DNA of 64,000 nt from an uncultured virus (IMG/VR IMGVR_UViG_3300037067_017589) (IMGVR_UViG_3300037067_017589), one strand, 5' to 3'; counted from the stretch's first letter, positions 27,601 through 36,745 are shown. The notes: generated by a model not told the origin, from the sequence alone. Numbers and translations: made by a program.

Positions 27601-29553
27601 ACACCTGGTGTTCCTGTAAAACTTGGGGATTCGTTAAGACCAGCAAGATATTGGAATAATTTAACATATATTTGGGAATGTACTACGCCTGGTATAACTG
27701 GAACAACATATCCTACTTTTACATATACAGTTGGTACAACAATTACAGATGGAAGTGTTGTATGGACTTGTGCTAATTATAAAACAATTACAGCAGCTCA
27801 ATCAATATTAGAACATTTTGGTTTAATAGCTTATAATAAATTATATATTGATGGTGTTAAAGCACCATTAATACCTGGAGCTTTTGAAGTTGCTGGAACA
27901 GAAATTGTTGCAAACTCAGTTCATAATACATATGCAACAGTGAAATTATGGACTCCTGGTGGAGATTTAGTAAGCGGTAGATATGTTGTACCTTCTGATG
28001 GGTATGAAACTGGTTTTAGATATAGGATTGGAAGTAGTGGAACTTCAGGATTAACAGAACCAATATGGAGTAAAATTCATAATTCGATTACACTTGATAA
28101 TGGAATAAGTTTAACAGCTGAATGGATGCCTGTTATTTGGGGTGCTGGTATTTTAACATCAGCACAAATGTCAGCTAATCATGTATGTGTTACATTTTCT
28201 TCAGGATGGGCTTGGTTTTTAAATGGTAAAAGTAGTGGAACTGGAACAAATACAGATGGTGCTATATTTGATAATATTTCAGCTTATGAATGTGGTGGTG
28301 GTATTTATATAGAAGGTTATGATGCTAGTATTGCTACATTTAATAATGCTTTTGTAGGCGTTTGTGGAGCTGGTCTTGTAGATCTTGGATTTTATGGTTC
28401 GCGTTTTATGAATTGTTTTTGGGAGTCTAATTATAGAGGACCTCAAAATTCATTAACAGGAGTACAATCATGTTCTCGTTTTGATGGTTGCTATTGGGAA
28501 GATGTTGCATCTGCAGCACCTGATCATTATTTATATTCACCTTCTCATGGTAGTGGTGGGGTAATTGGAGCAGGTACATTAATTAAAGGAACTATGAAAT
28601 GGTCACCATTGCCAAGTAGTAATGGTTTTAATTATGGTATGGTAAATTATAATCCAACATGTACTCATCCATTAACTTCGGTGATGTCATGGCCAGGAAC
28701 TGATTATTGTGCTTTTGAAACATATACACAATCTGATGGAGCATCTCAACTACGTGGTCATTTACGATTTTTATTTAATTATACGACAAGAATTTGGAGT
28801 ATGGGTTCTAGACAATATTCTCCATATAAAATAGCATATCAAATTGAACAAGGAAGTGCTCAAGGTGATATGTTTCAAGTTGATAAATTTCATTTAGGAG
28901 TAGGTAAATCACTACTTAGTGTTGTAAGTGGTGTACCAACAACTGGTTGCTATCAGGCTGGAGATTTATTATTATGGTCTAATCCATCTAGGTTGGCTAT
29001 AAAAAATAAAACAACTGGAGGATATTGTGTACCTCTTAATGATGGATATTGGACAAATAATCAAGCTTATGGAGCTGCTTCATCTAACGTTATAAGAAAT
29101 ACTATCAATACACATATTTTTGCAATAATAACTGGAGGAACATCAGGATCTGTTGAACCAACATGGAATACAACTCTCGGAACTATCACAACAGATGGTT
29201 CTTGTGAATGGATTTGTTGGTCTACTTATGCCGTACCAGAATGGATTTCTCAACCAGCACCTAGTGCAGATATATATAATCTTCCAGATTCAGATGCTGG
29301 AATTGGTTATGCAACTCGTAGAGCGCGTACAACTACAACATATACAAATCATCATTCAATAACGCTTTCTGCAATAGATGCTATTAAAGGAGATTTAATT
29401 GAAATTCTTCGTGACGATTCTGGCGTATCTTATCATGCCTATATAAAAAGAGCAGATACTACACTAATATATACGTTAGATTCTAAAGGATCAGTTGAAT
29501 TATTATTTGATGGTACAAATTGGATAGTATTAAGAGGATCTTCTTGGTTGTAA
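24646..29553 (+). CDS. Large virion fibre / receptor-binding-like protein
   Basis: 1635 aa, Gly/Ser/Thr-rich; glycine-rich beta repeats, a beta-helix-like region (GGDIEIPRGEF), three W...GT(S/T)G..(E/Y)P.W/F...TD modules and 12 DGY motifs. Confidence 0.7.
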   Translation: MVRLYNPSFIYTRYPFDFDDPTPGDTHGLPTVIDLKTPVKAEVVNRQKDSILAIESELGIKPSGTYGTVRARLDALESRDGYNDGYAYIDIRNNGVSIVNPVSVINFIGSGVSVAKVGTDEAEITITGGGSDGYSSDGYCPIHEALIVSSPGQTTFTLLTKPWLNSLALFIDGIKQEIGDYSISSKTLTWLGTQTLRTTDIVEVYYSKVIFIAGVNGGESLSETLSIGNITDGTDIVITENDKIYSTGSFTIEINESTYYGAIKTLNINNNTFGSINMFVGRDGGSSLSLDGYGIATLSSDDVCTLSSKNKTVVKVENDDNVIQICSTSFNPGSAIELWVGNEEEYHNRFIRINETSMCSVLDPNNTYPGNPGIDLGANQDGYRWGSLYAADGYFTNNLTVNNLINSNGIVLSDGCSIIGTTSLLSSGGSIYLLGGDGYDIGGELTIGGGNSSNSIGGNTVITSGNGYEYPGDIALFAGTSSIGYGGNIHLICGDSGSGENLGGRLQIEAGDGYYGGSVNIYAGEGSLYGGDVLILPGAATDGLDGRILFLDSEFNLVVKIDKDCDIAPLEVYYDSYFANNVTIGGKLTVDGLIDPTGLVLVGQNSVPGGNPVDGSSTLWFRNSDGYLISTDKNGNDIVINGIVPGAGDANKIVQASSTGNGIDYSIIESSLSSSIENDGQRHFKRNDTVVITDYPYSASDHYISTTGSINNGSSTLIVADGSELLNNYGIVIQGAGSAHGLKTPNAPEVFQQGTTGASTVEVKVVAATRHRGYTVASSATTIVNAAAAFTKTNWLGVWPEIIPGATWYLIYVRRGGVGSFTLRKVIPGQITLSYSNATGSHRPVVVIDSETAISTLPMFPLTEPVSSQSNYLRTRIISGGGTTNLIINTPARTTVSSLNVYNDNWSAITDALDSFPKMPNSPIYLGGDIEIPRGEFLIWDDIHVMKTSSIRGHGGNWNIPISQIRPIDSLYGLSIDHNRDCPQWTPGVPVKLGDSLRPARYWNNLTYIWECTTPGITGTTYPTFTYTVGTTITDGSVVWTCANYKTITAAQSILEHFGLIAYNKLYIDGVKAPLIPGAFEVAGTEIVANSVHNTYATVKLWTPGGDLVSGRYVVPSDGYETGFRYRIGSSGTSGLTEPIWSKIHNSITLDNGISLTAEWMPVIWGAGILTSAQMSANHVCVTFSSGWAWFLNGKSSGTGTNTDGAIFDNISAYECGGGIYIEGYDASIATFNNAFVGVCGAGLVDLGFYGSRFMNCFWESNYRGPQNSLTGVQSCSRFDGCYWEDVASAAPDHYLYSPSHGSGGVIGAGTLIKGTMKWSPLPSSNGFNYGMVNYNPTCTHPLTSVMSWPGTDYCAFETYTQSDGASQLRGHLRFLFNYTTRIWSMGSRQYSPYKIAYQIEQGSAQGDMFQVDKFHLGVGKSLLSVVSGVPTTGCYQAGDLLLWSNPSRLAIKNKTTGGYCVPLNDGYWTNNQAYGAASSNVIRNTINTHIFAIITGGTSGSVEPTWNTTLGTITTDGSCEWICWSTYAVPEWISQPAPSADIYNLPDSDAGIGYATRRARTTTTYTNHHSITLSAIDAIKGDLIEILRDDSGVSYHAYIKRADTTLIYTLDSKGSVELLFDGTNWIVLRGSSWL

Positions 29554-29620
29554 AATGTTTAATATATTTTATAAGTGAATATTATACATTATTTTAAATA
29601 TTTTAGATATATAAGATTGT

Positions 29621-30697
29621 ATGCAATTATTTTTAGATGCAAATGCTCATTTACCAATTCATCCAAAAGCTATTGATGCTTTTGTTCAATTTAATAAATC
29701 AATAGCAGGGCATGGAAACGCTATGGCTTCATCTCGTCCTGGACGAGAAGCAGCTTCTATAATCGAAGAATCGAGAGAAAAAATAGCAAAACTTATTGGA
29801 GCTAAAAATTCTAATCAAATAATTTTTACATCTACATGTACTCAAGCTTGTGAATGGGCTTTGGAAATTCTAAAATCTAGAAATTATAATAAAGTCTATT
29901 ATTCAACAATTGAACATCCAGCGGTATCAATAAAATCTACAGAATTATTTGGTAATAATATATTAATTGTATCTAAAAATGGTGAAATTAATTGTACTTT
30001 TAATCCAGAACCTAATTCTTCAATGATTTGTATTTATGTTAATAATGAAATTGGAACTATTCAAAAAATATCAGATATAAAAGTTCCATTTTTCAGTGAT
30101 ATGAGTCAGGCATTGGGAAAAATTCCTATTAAAGTATCTAATATAAATAATCTTAAATTAGCAACATTTGGTGCTCATAAATTTGGTGGTCCAGTTGGAG
30201 TTGGAATTTTATATGTGCAAGATACTGATTGGTGGAAAGAATTTGGATCTGGAAGTAGGTATTATTTAGATCGTTCTGGAACACCTGATGCTGGATTGAT
30301 ATTAGCATCCGCTGTAGCATTAGAAGAAGCTATTAAAACTATATTATTTCGTTATGAAAAAGCTATATGTTTTAGTTCAGTATTAGAAAATGGACTTGAG
30401 GAATTTGGATTAAAAGTTATTGCTAAAAATTATAATAAAATACCTTATACATCATTTATAAAAATTGGTAAAAAAGCAGGTCCATATCTAATGTCTCAAT
30501 TAGAATCAGATGGTATTTTTATAGGTCTTGGATCTGCTTGTGGAGCTATGCATACAGCTTCTAGTCCTATAATGTCTGCTTTAGGTGAAGGTGGTTTAGC
30601 ACATGATTATATTAGAATTTCTCAATGGGGAAATTATGGCGAAGAAGAAGCTAAATATGTTTTAAAAGCATTAAAAAAATATATTCCAAAACATTGA
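29621..30697 (+). CDS. Cysteine desulfurase (IscS/NifS-like, class V PLP enzyme)
   Basis: FLDANA, IEHPAV, VNNEIGTIQ, DMSQALGK, GAHKFGGP.GVG and catalytic GSAC. Confidence 0.85.
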   Translation: MQLFLDANAHLPIHPKAIDAFVQFNKSIAGHGNAMASSRPGREAASIIEESREKIAKLIGAKNSNQIIFTSTCTQACEWALEILKSRNYNKVYYSTIEHPAVSIKSTELFGNNILIVSKNGEINCTFNPEPNSSMICIYVNNEIGTIQKISDIKVPFFSDMSQALGKIPIKVSNINNLKLATFGAHKFGGPVGVGILYVQDTDWWKEFGSGSRYYLDRSGTPDAGLILASAVALEEAIKTILFRYEKAICFSSVLENGLEEFGLKVIAKNYNKIPYTSFIKIGKKAGPYLMSQLESDGIFIGLGSACGAMHTASSPIMSALGEGGLAHDYIRISQWGNYGEEEAKYVLKALKKYIPKH

Positions 30698-30710
30698 TAT
30701 ATTAATAATC

Positions 30711-31025
30711 ATGGGTAGATATGTTAAAAAAGGAAATGGTACTAAAAAACCTAAAAAATTCTTTTGTGAAATTTGCAATGAATTAGATAAATCTACATTA
30801 CAATATCATCATATAATACCAAGAACAGATGATGAATGTAAGGATGATTGGACTAATGTATGTGTAATATGTGCAAATTGTCACAATAAAGTTCATGAAG
30901 AAAAAATTAAGATTTTTGGAATATTACCATCTACTAATTTACCATATCAAAGAATAGTTGTATATGAAAAAAATGGTATAAGTAATATTCCGGGTATACA
31001 AGAAATTTATTATAAAAAGGTTTAA
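30711..31025 (+). CDS. HNH endonuclease
   Basis: CEIC...HHIIPR......DWTN...ICANCHNKVH. Confidence 0.85.
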   Translation: MGRYVKKGNGTKKPKKFFCEICNELDKSTLQYHHIIPRTDDECKDDWTNVCVICANCHNKVHEEKIKIFGILPSTNLPYQRIVVYEKNGISNIPGIQEIYYKKV

Positions 31026-31026
31026 T

Positions 31027-31320
31027 ATGAAAAGAAGAAAAATGACAGAAAAAGAAACTATCGAATCAATTCTTAAATTAGCTAGAGAACAAGGAGTTGA
31101 AGAAAAGGTTAAAAATATTATTGTAAAATTTCAAGATGCTGTTAAAGGTGCAAAAAACGAAGAGCAACGTAAATGTATTGCCGCTCTTGGTATTGCAGAA
31201 ATTCATAAAACTATTGGATGTGTTGGAAATTTAGTAGTAGATCATATTGAAATTATTCCAGAAAACACTTCTTATAAAGAAGCTATTAACGCTAGTAAAT
31301 CATTAGTTAATTTGGATTAG
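31027..31320 (+). CDS. Hypothetical protein
   Basis: 97-aa ORF. Confidence 0.55.
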   Translation: MKRRKMTEKETIESILKLAREQGVEEKVKNIIVKFQDAVKGAKNEEQRKCIAALGIAEIHKTIGCVGNLVVDHIEIIPENTSYKEAINASKSLVNLD

Positions 31321-31354
31321 GCATAATTAGTTATTCATTTTATAGGAAGTTAAT

Positions 31355-31591
31355 ATGGAAGAAGAAAAATATATTGGCAAAGTAATATGGTTTAATCCTA
31401 AACTTGGATTTGGTTTTATTTCTCGTGAAGGAGAAACAGATTTATTTGTTTATTGGTCAGATATAGTATGTGAAGGTTTTAAAACATTAAAAAAAGATCA
31501 AGAAGTTGCTTTTTCTATTGGTTTAAATAATTATAAACAATTAAAAGCTGTAGACGTTGTTATAATTTCAGAAGGTATTGGTGGTATATAA
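31355..31591 (+). CDS. Cold-shock domain protein
   Basis: GKVIWFN.KLGFGFI (RNP1), DLFVYWSDI (RNP2 variant), GFKTL...QEVAF. Confidence 0.9.
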   Translation: MEEEKYIGKVIWFNPKLGFGFISREGETDLFVYWSDIVCEGFKTLKKDQEVAFSIGLNNYKQLKAVDVVIISEGIGGI

Positions 31592-32036
31592 AAAACCAGA
31601 AGAATTATGGATAACTAATATTTCTAGAATAAAAGATGTTAATATATCCGATCTTTGTATTACTATTAAAAGTGGTAAAAGCATTAATTTACTTGGTACA
31701 ACTATACATGGAAGATTAAAATATAATATTACCAAAGAACAAATAGAAAAAAGTATAAACACAGGATCTATTTATACAAGAAGAGATATTATTAGAATTA
31801 GAAAAGTTCCACCTGTTATTTTTAATATTAAAATAGATATAGCTAATACTACATCTCTCCAATCTTCTAGATTTGCTAGAAAACGCGCTGAAATTGAAGT
31901 GCCAAATTATCCAGATTTGGATGTTGAAGAATCATCTCAAGAAGAATTTGCAGCTGAAAATGCAGATTTTGAATTTGCAGATAGAGCACCTGTATTGCCA
32001 GTTGATCCGAAATTTAAAATACATGATGATGAATAA
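31578..32036 (+). CDS. Hypothetical protein
   Basis: 152-aa ORF with an acidic C-terminus. Confidence 0.55.
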   Translation: MVVYKKPEELWITNISRIKDVNISDLCITIKSGKSINLLGTTIHGRLKYNITKEQIEKSINTGSIYTRRDIIRIRKVPPVIFNIKIDIANTTSLQSSRFARKRAEIEVPNYPDLDVEESSQEEFAAENADFEFADRAPVLPVDPKFKIHDDE

Positions 32037-32050
32037 TATAGCATAAGTAC

Positions 32051-32434
32051 ATGGGATCTACAAAATATATATTCGCTAATACTGGACAATTAGTTCGTTT
32101 GGTTATTCAAACACTTGATATTGATGGTTATAGAATTGATGGCTATATTCCAGTTGTACAAAATATAATATTTCCAGATTTTAGTGTGGCTGTTGGTTAT
32201 CCAAGACATATGACTCAAGTTTACATAACTGGCGATGGATATGTTCCAGGTGTAGATGGTGATGGATATGTTTCAGGTTTATATATTCATGGATTATTAA
32301 TACCTACAGGTATTACTGCTTTAGGTACTTATGTAGCTAATGTGTATTGGGAAAATAATGGCCAACCACAATGGGATTCTTTTGCAATTAATGTTGCAAG
32401 ACCTTTTGGAAATTCATCCGTTTCACCTATTTAA
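32051..32434 (+). CDS. Small beta-rich putative virion protein (4 DGY motifs)
   Basis: Ig-like pattern; class B promoter motif upstream. Confidence 0.55.
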   Translation: MGSTKYIFANTGQLVRLVIQTLDIDGYRIDGYIPVVQNIIFPDFSVAVGYPRHMTQVYITGDGYVPGVDGDGYVSGLYIHGLLIPTGITALGTYVANVYWENNGQPQWDSFAINVARPFGNSSVSPI

Positions 32435-32504
32435 TCTTTGGTAAAATAATTATTATGCAAATTTAAAGGCTAATTAATTTGTATATTATTAATAGGAGTT
32501 TAAT

Positions 32505-33404
32505 ATGTCCATTCTTCCAAGATCAGAAATTATTCAGCCAGGTGATACTGTTGCTCTTAGTGCTAGATTTACCGGCCCTGAAGGAGAAGAAACTGATCTA
32601 GATCAATTTCCACGTGTTACTGTAATTCAACCTAATGGCGCTGTAGTTGTTGGACCTACTAGTATTGGTGTTACTAGAATAGGTGCTGGTCAATATAGCT
32701 TTAATTATAGTATAGGAATTTATCCTCCAATTGGTACTTGGAGAGATGTATGGAGAGGTATCCTTGCAGGTTATGAAGTTATAGGAGAGTTTACATTTAC
32801 TACTTTTAATTCTCAATTGCCAGGTGTTAATACTGATGGAAATACACATCTAGGAGATGACCCTGGTTTTTGTTTTTCACAAAATGCTATTTTTAATATA
32901 AATAATGTACTAAAATCATTACGTGCAAGATTAAAAAGTAGTGGTAAATCAAGAAAAACTGATGAATATGGCAATGTGGTATATAAAGATTGTGATGTGT
33001 ATACTGTAGATGAACTTGTGGCTTTTATTTGTCAATCACTTTCAGAATTTAATGAAATACCACATTTTACATTCTTTACATTTGAAGATACTCCAATCAT
33101 TGAACAGTTCCATGATGTTTTGGTTCAAGGTGCTTTATATCTAGCTCTAGGTGCTCAAGCTTTAATCGAAAGAGGACGAGAATTTAACGTACAAGATAAT
33201 GGCATTGGGTTCACTCCTCCAACAATATCGGATTTGTTAAATACGCAATATACTAACGAAATGACTAATTGGTATGAAAAAGTAAAATTGATTAAAATTA
33301 ATATGAGAAGCTCACCGTTAGGACTGGGTTCTCTTAGCTTTACTGCTGGTGCTTCACCTCAAATTAGAAGGCTTAGAACATTACGACAAAGACAAATATT
33401 TTAA
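32505..33404 (+). CDS. Putative virion protein (Ig-like N-terminus, possible head-tail adaptor C-terminus)
   Basis: AGGAG RBS; beta-sandwich N-terminus (GAGQYSF...GTWRDVW) and helical C-terminus. Function inferred from context. Confidence 0.5.
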   Translation: MSILPRSEIIQPGDTVALSARFTGPEGEETDLDQFPRVTVIQPNGAVVVGPTSIGVTRIGAGQYSFNYSIGIYPPIGTWRDVWRGILAGYEVIGEFTFTTFNSQLPGVNTDGNTHLGDDPGFCFSQNAIFNINNVLKSLRARLKSSGKSRKTDEYGNVVYKDCDVYTVDELVAFICQSLSEFNEIPHFTFFTFEDTPIIEQFHDVLVQGALYLALGAQALIERGREFNVQDNGIGFTPPTISDLLNTQYTNEMTNWYEKVKLIKINMRSSPLGLGSLSFTAGASPQIRRLRTLRQRQIF

Positions 33405-33435
33405 TCTTGATATATTTTTTTTTTAAAAGGAATAT

Positions 33436-34581
33436 ATGAAAAAATATACAATAGAATATTTTCAAGATTTGGCATTGAAAAAGAATGGTAAATGTTTGTC
33501 TAAAGAATATATAAATGGTAAAACAAAAATAGAATTTCAATGTTTTTGTGGACATGTTTGGATAGCTGAACCAAGACATATTATAGAAGGTCGTTGGTGT
33601 CCAAAATGTGGTTGTCAAAAAGGAAGAAAATATGAAGTTGATCATGAGTTTTTTTCTAGTGATACTGAAAAAAGTTTTTACGTAGCTGGATTTTTAGCAG
33701 CTGATGGATGGAAAACTAGAAAGAGTAGTAGTTATGGTATTGGTTTGCAACTTTCTTCTAAAGATATAAATCATTTGAATAATATAAAATCTATATTGAA
33801 ATGTAATTCTCCTTTACAATATATAAAACGTAGTGGTTATATATGCAATAATTACAAAATATCAAATACAGAAGCTTATTCTTTTATTTTTCATTCTGAA
33901 AAATGTTACAAAGATTTAGAACGTTTTAGTGTTGTTGAAAATAAAACCTATATAATGCGTTTTCCAGAATGGTTAAAAAATCATCCATTAGTTTATCATT
34001 ACATGAGAGGTTATATTGATGGGGATGGTTGTTTTTCAATTGGTAAAAATAAAGGGCAAGACCCTCATATTTCATTTGCAATGAAAGGAACGAAAGAGTT
34101 TTTAGAAGTTTTTCATGAAGTATTATTGATTAATAATATTTGTAATAAAAATACAGAGCGTAGTGAATTAAAATATAAAGATGGTAAGAAATATTTAGCT
34201 TTTGATAATTTAAGATATAATGGGAATATAATAATATCAAAGATGTATGATTTTCTTTATAAAGAAGCTACTATATTTTTACCAAGAAAAGAAGAAATTG
34301 CAAAGAAGGCAAAAGAATATAGGGTTATTGGTGTTAGAAACAGAAAATCTAGAGTTAATACTTTAGGTTTTACCAAAGAAATTTTATTAGAAAAATTGAA
34401 AGAATTAGGTTCTGGGAAATCTGTAGCTAAAAAATATAATTGCACACCTGCTGCTATTTCATGGTGGGTAAGTTATTTGGGAGTTTCTAAGAATGAATAT
34501 AACAAAGCTATCGGAGTTTTAGACAAAGAAGAAGTAGGTGAACTACCCTACCCTAACCTAAAGGTAAGGGCTTCTTGTTGA
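33436..34581 (+). CDS. Free-standing LAGLIDADG homing endonuclease with N-terminal Zn ribbon and C-terminal HTH; 3' end altered by element copy 5
   Basis: C.CGH.W...WCPKC, YVAGFLAADGW and YMRGYIDGDGC. Confidence 0.85.
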   Translation: MKKYTIEYFQDLALKKNGKCLSKEYINGKTKIEFQCFCGHVWIAEPRHIIEGRWCPKCGCQKGRKYEVDHEFFSSDTEKSFYVAGFLAADGWKTRKSSSYGIGLQLSSKDINHLNNIKSILKCNSPLQYIKRSGYICNNYKISNTEAYSFIFHSEKCYKDLERFSVVENKTYIMRFPEWLKNHPLVYHYMRGYIDGDGCFSIGKNKGQDPHISFAMKGTKEFLEVFHEVLLINNICNKNTERSELKYKDGKKYLAFDNLRYNGNIIISKMYDFLYKEATIFLPRKEEIAKKAKEYRVIGVRNRKSRVNTLGFTKEILLEKLKELGSGKSVAKKYNCTPAAISWWVSYLGVSKNEYNKAIGVLDKEEVGELPYPNLKVRASC

Positions 34582-34587
34582 AAAAGG
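34538..34587 (-). mobile_element. Minimal 50-bp derivative (copy 5): both element ends fused over one hairpin
   Basis: GTGAACTACCCTACCCTAACCTAAAGGTAAGGGCTTCTTG joined directly to TTGAAAAAGG, then TTAAA. Confidence 0.85.
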
Positions 34588-34664
34588 TTAAAACAAAGAA
34601 GAACAAGAAGAAGATGATGTAACTGAAGAACAGTGGTTTTCAGTGCATATTTTTGTAAGGTACT

Positions 34665-36185
34665 ATGGATAAGTTATTGGAAAAATATGCTATTGGATTT
34701 GCCAAACAGGTTGGTGGTAAAGGGTCAAGAAATATTTTTAGAACAAGACCATCAATAAAACCACCAATATTAGAACCATTAAAAGTACCACATGCTACAC
34801 CTTCTAATTTAGAACTTTTAGTAGATAGACGAGGGAAGCCATTATCATATCCTGTTGGTTTTGAAAAATTACCAATATCAGAACAAGTTAAATTACTAAC
34901 TAATGCTAAAATAAAACAATATAAGCAAAACAGAATTGATAGAATAAAAAGATTTAATGAAGTTTATAAAACATTTAGCAAATCAATAACTAGTACAAAA
35001 AATATAGGTAAAATTTCCATATCAAATGTAATAGCTAATCTTAAGGTTTTATTTACAAATCCATTAGTTAATACAAATTATAAAAAAGGTATTATTGTTG
35101 CTGTTTCTATTGGAATATTATATAATTTATTTTCTGGTAAAAAAGTTTCTGGAAAATTAGAAGATACAAAAAAGATTGCAGATTCTATTAATAATTCTAC
35201 TCAAGTTGGAATAAATATAAATGAAGCAATAAAATTAATTGAAGATATTAAACAAACACTTCAAGATAATACAGTGATATCTCTTTTTACTAATGTTCAA
35301 AATAATTTAATTAATGTATTAAAATTAAATGTTGATTTAGATAATCCTTCAAGTTTATCAAGTTATACAACCGCTGTACAGGTAGCTGAAGATTCTATTA
35401 ATGTTTTATTTGAAAATCAAATAAAGATTGAATCTTTAATAGTTAATAAAGAACAATATAATAATTTAATTTCTTTACTTACAGGTTTTGTTCTTAATGT
35501 TAATGAAATTAGAAATTACACAATAGAATTAGAAAAAACAAGTAGTAATAATATTGATATAATTTTTTCTTATTCAACATATTATCATAATACAATTATA
35601 AAAAAAGCAATACTACCTATTGGAGCTATTGTTGGTGGTGCGATGTTTGCTAGTATGATTTTGTCTGTCTTACATAATCACAGTGCAGAAATTAATGAGG
35701 TAAAAGAATGGTTATCTGATATGTCAGAATTAATTACTGATCAAAGGAAAGATGGTTTTGGTGATTATACAAAAACATTTGAAGATTATGACAAGAGTTT
35801 AAAAACTGTAATATTATTAATTGATCAAATGATCAAATCAACAGTTAATGAAAATGATATTTCTTTAATAGAGAAAATGGAAAGTTTTATATCTGCATCA
35901 GAAAATATTTTATATAAAGGAAATGAAGTTTCTGGTGCTTTAAAGAATTTAGAATCTATATGGGGTAAACTTGGGAATATAGTTCAGCCATTTTTTGGTG
36001 CAGGATTTGATCTTAGTGATTATAATCAATTTAATACAGCGTTAGGGGCCATAAATGGAAGTTTATCAATTTTAATTACTAAGATAAAAGATGAATTAGT
36101 TAAAAAACAATTAGAAGCTCAAAAAACCACACAAGTTTCAAGACCTACAAGTTCAATTGAACAACTTTCTGGTATTATTTTGTAA
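34665..36185 (+). CDS. Hypothetical helical protein with two hydrophobic segments (possible internal virion/ejection protein)
   Basis: GIIVAVSIGILYNLF and ILPIGAIVGGAMFASMILSVL, each followed by amphipathic helices. Confidence 0.5.
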   Translation: MDKLLEKYAIGFAKQVGGKGSRNIFRTRPSIKPPILEPLKVPHATPSNLELLVDRRGKPLSYPVGFEKLPISEQVKLLTNAKIKQYKQNRIDRIKRFNEVYKTFSKSITSTKNIGKISISNVIANLKVLFTNPLVNTNYKKGIIVAVSIGILYNLFSGKKVSGKLEDTKKIADSINNSTQVGININEAIKLIEDIKQTLQDNTVISLFTNVQNNLINVLKLNVDLDNPSSLSSYTTAVQVAEDSINVLFENQIKIESLIVNKEQYNNLISLLTGFVLNVNEIRNYTIELEKTSSNNIDIIFSYSTYYHNTIIKKAILPIGAIVGGAMFASMILSVLHNHSAEINEVKEWLSDMSELITDQRKDGFGDYTKTFEDYDKSLKTVILLIDQMIKSTVNENDISLIEKMESFISASENILYKGNEVSGALKNLESIWGKLGNIVQPFFGAGFDLSDYNQFNTALGAINGSLSILITKIKDELVKKQLEAQKTTQVSRPTSSIEQLSGIIL

Positions 36186-36193
36186 GGAGTTAT

Positions 36194-36745
36194 ATGTCTG
36201 ATGAAATAATTACAAAAGGATTACCTCATAAAAAATTATTACCTATTATTGAAAAGATTCGTAAAAAGGTTTTAAATCATGATGTTGTTAAAGATATTTT
36301 TGATAAATACAATTTAGATAAGGAAGAAATTAATTTAATTCCAATTTGTTTTGCTAAAATACCAGTTTCTGCTCGAACAGATCATGGAATTATATATATT
36401 AATATAGATTTATTAAAAGATGATGATTTTGAAAATAATAATGATCATTATTTAGCTCATGAAGTAACGCATTTTGCACAACAGACAACTGGAACTAAAC
36501 CAACACCAGGATCTGATGATGATAATTATCTTGACAATCCTGTAGAGCAAGAAGGATTTCAAAATCAAACAAAATATATTTCAGATACAAAAGGTGAAGA
36601 AGAAGCTGAAGAATATATTGAAAAAGTATTAGATCGACATAGAGATAATTCAGTTGATGATAAAAAACGAAATAATAGGAAAGAAAACTTATTAGCTATA
36701 GCATTTAATTCTGAGTTATTTTATCAATTTTGTTCTAAAAAGTAG
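36194..36745 (+). CDS. HExxH zinc metallopeptidase-like protein
   Basis: YLAHEVTHFAQ plus downstream YLDNPVEQEG (third-ligand Glu pattern). Confidence 0.65.
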   Translation: MSDEIITKGLPHKKLLPIIEKIRKKVLNHDVVKDIFDKYNLDKEEINLIPICFAKIPVSARTDHGIIYINIDLLKDDDFENNNDHYLAHEVTHFAQQTTGTKPTPGSDDDNYLDNPVEQEGFQNQTKYISDTKGEEEAEEYIEKVLDRHRDNSVDDKKRNNRKENLLAIAFNSELFYQFCSKK

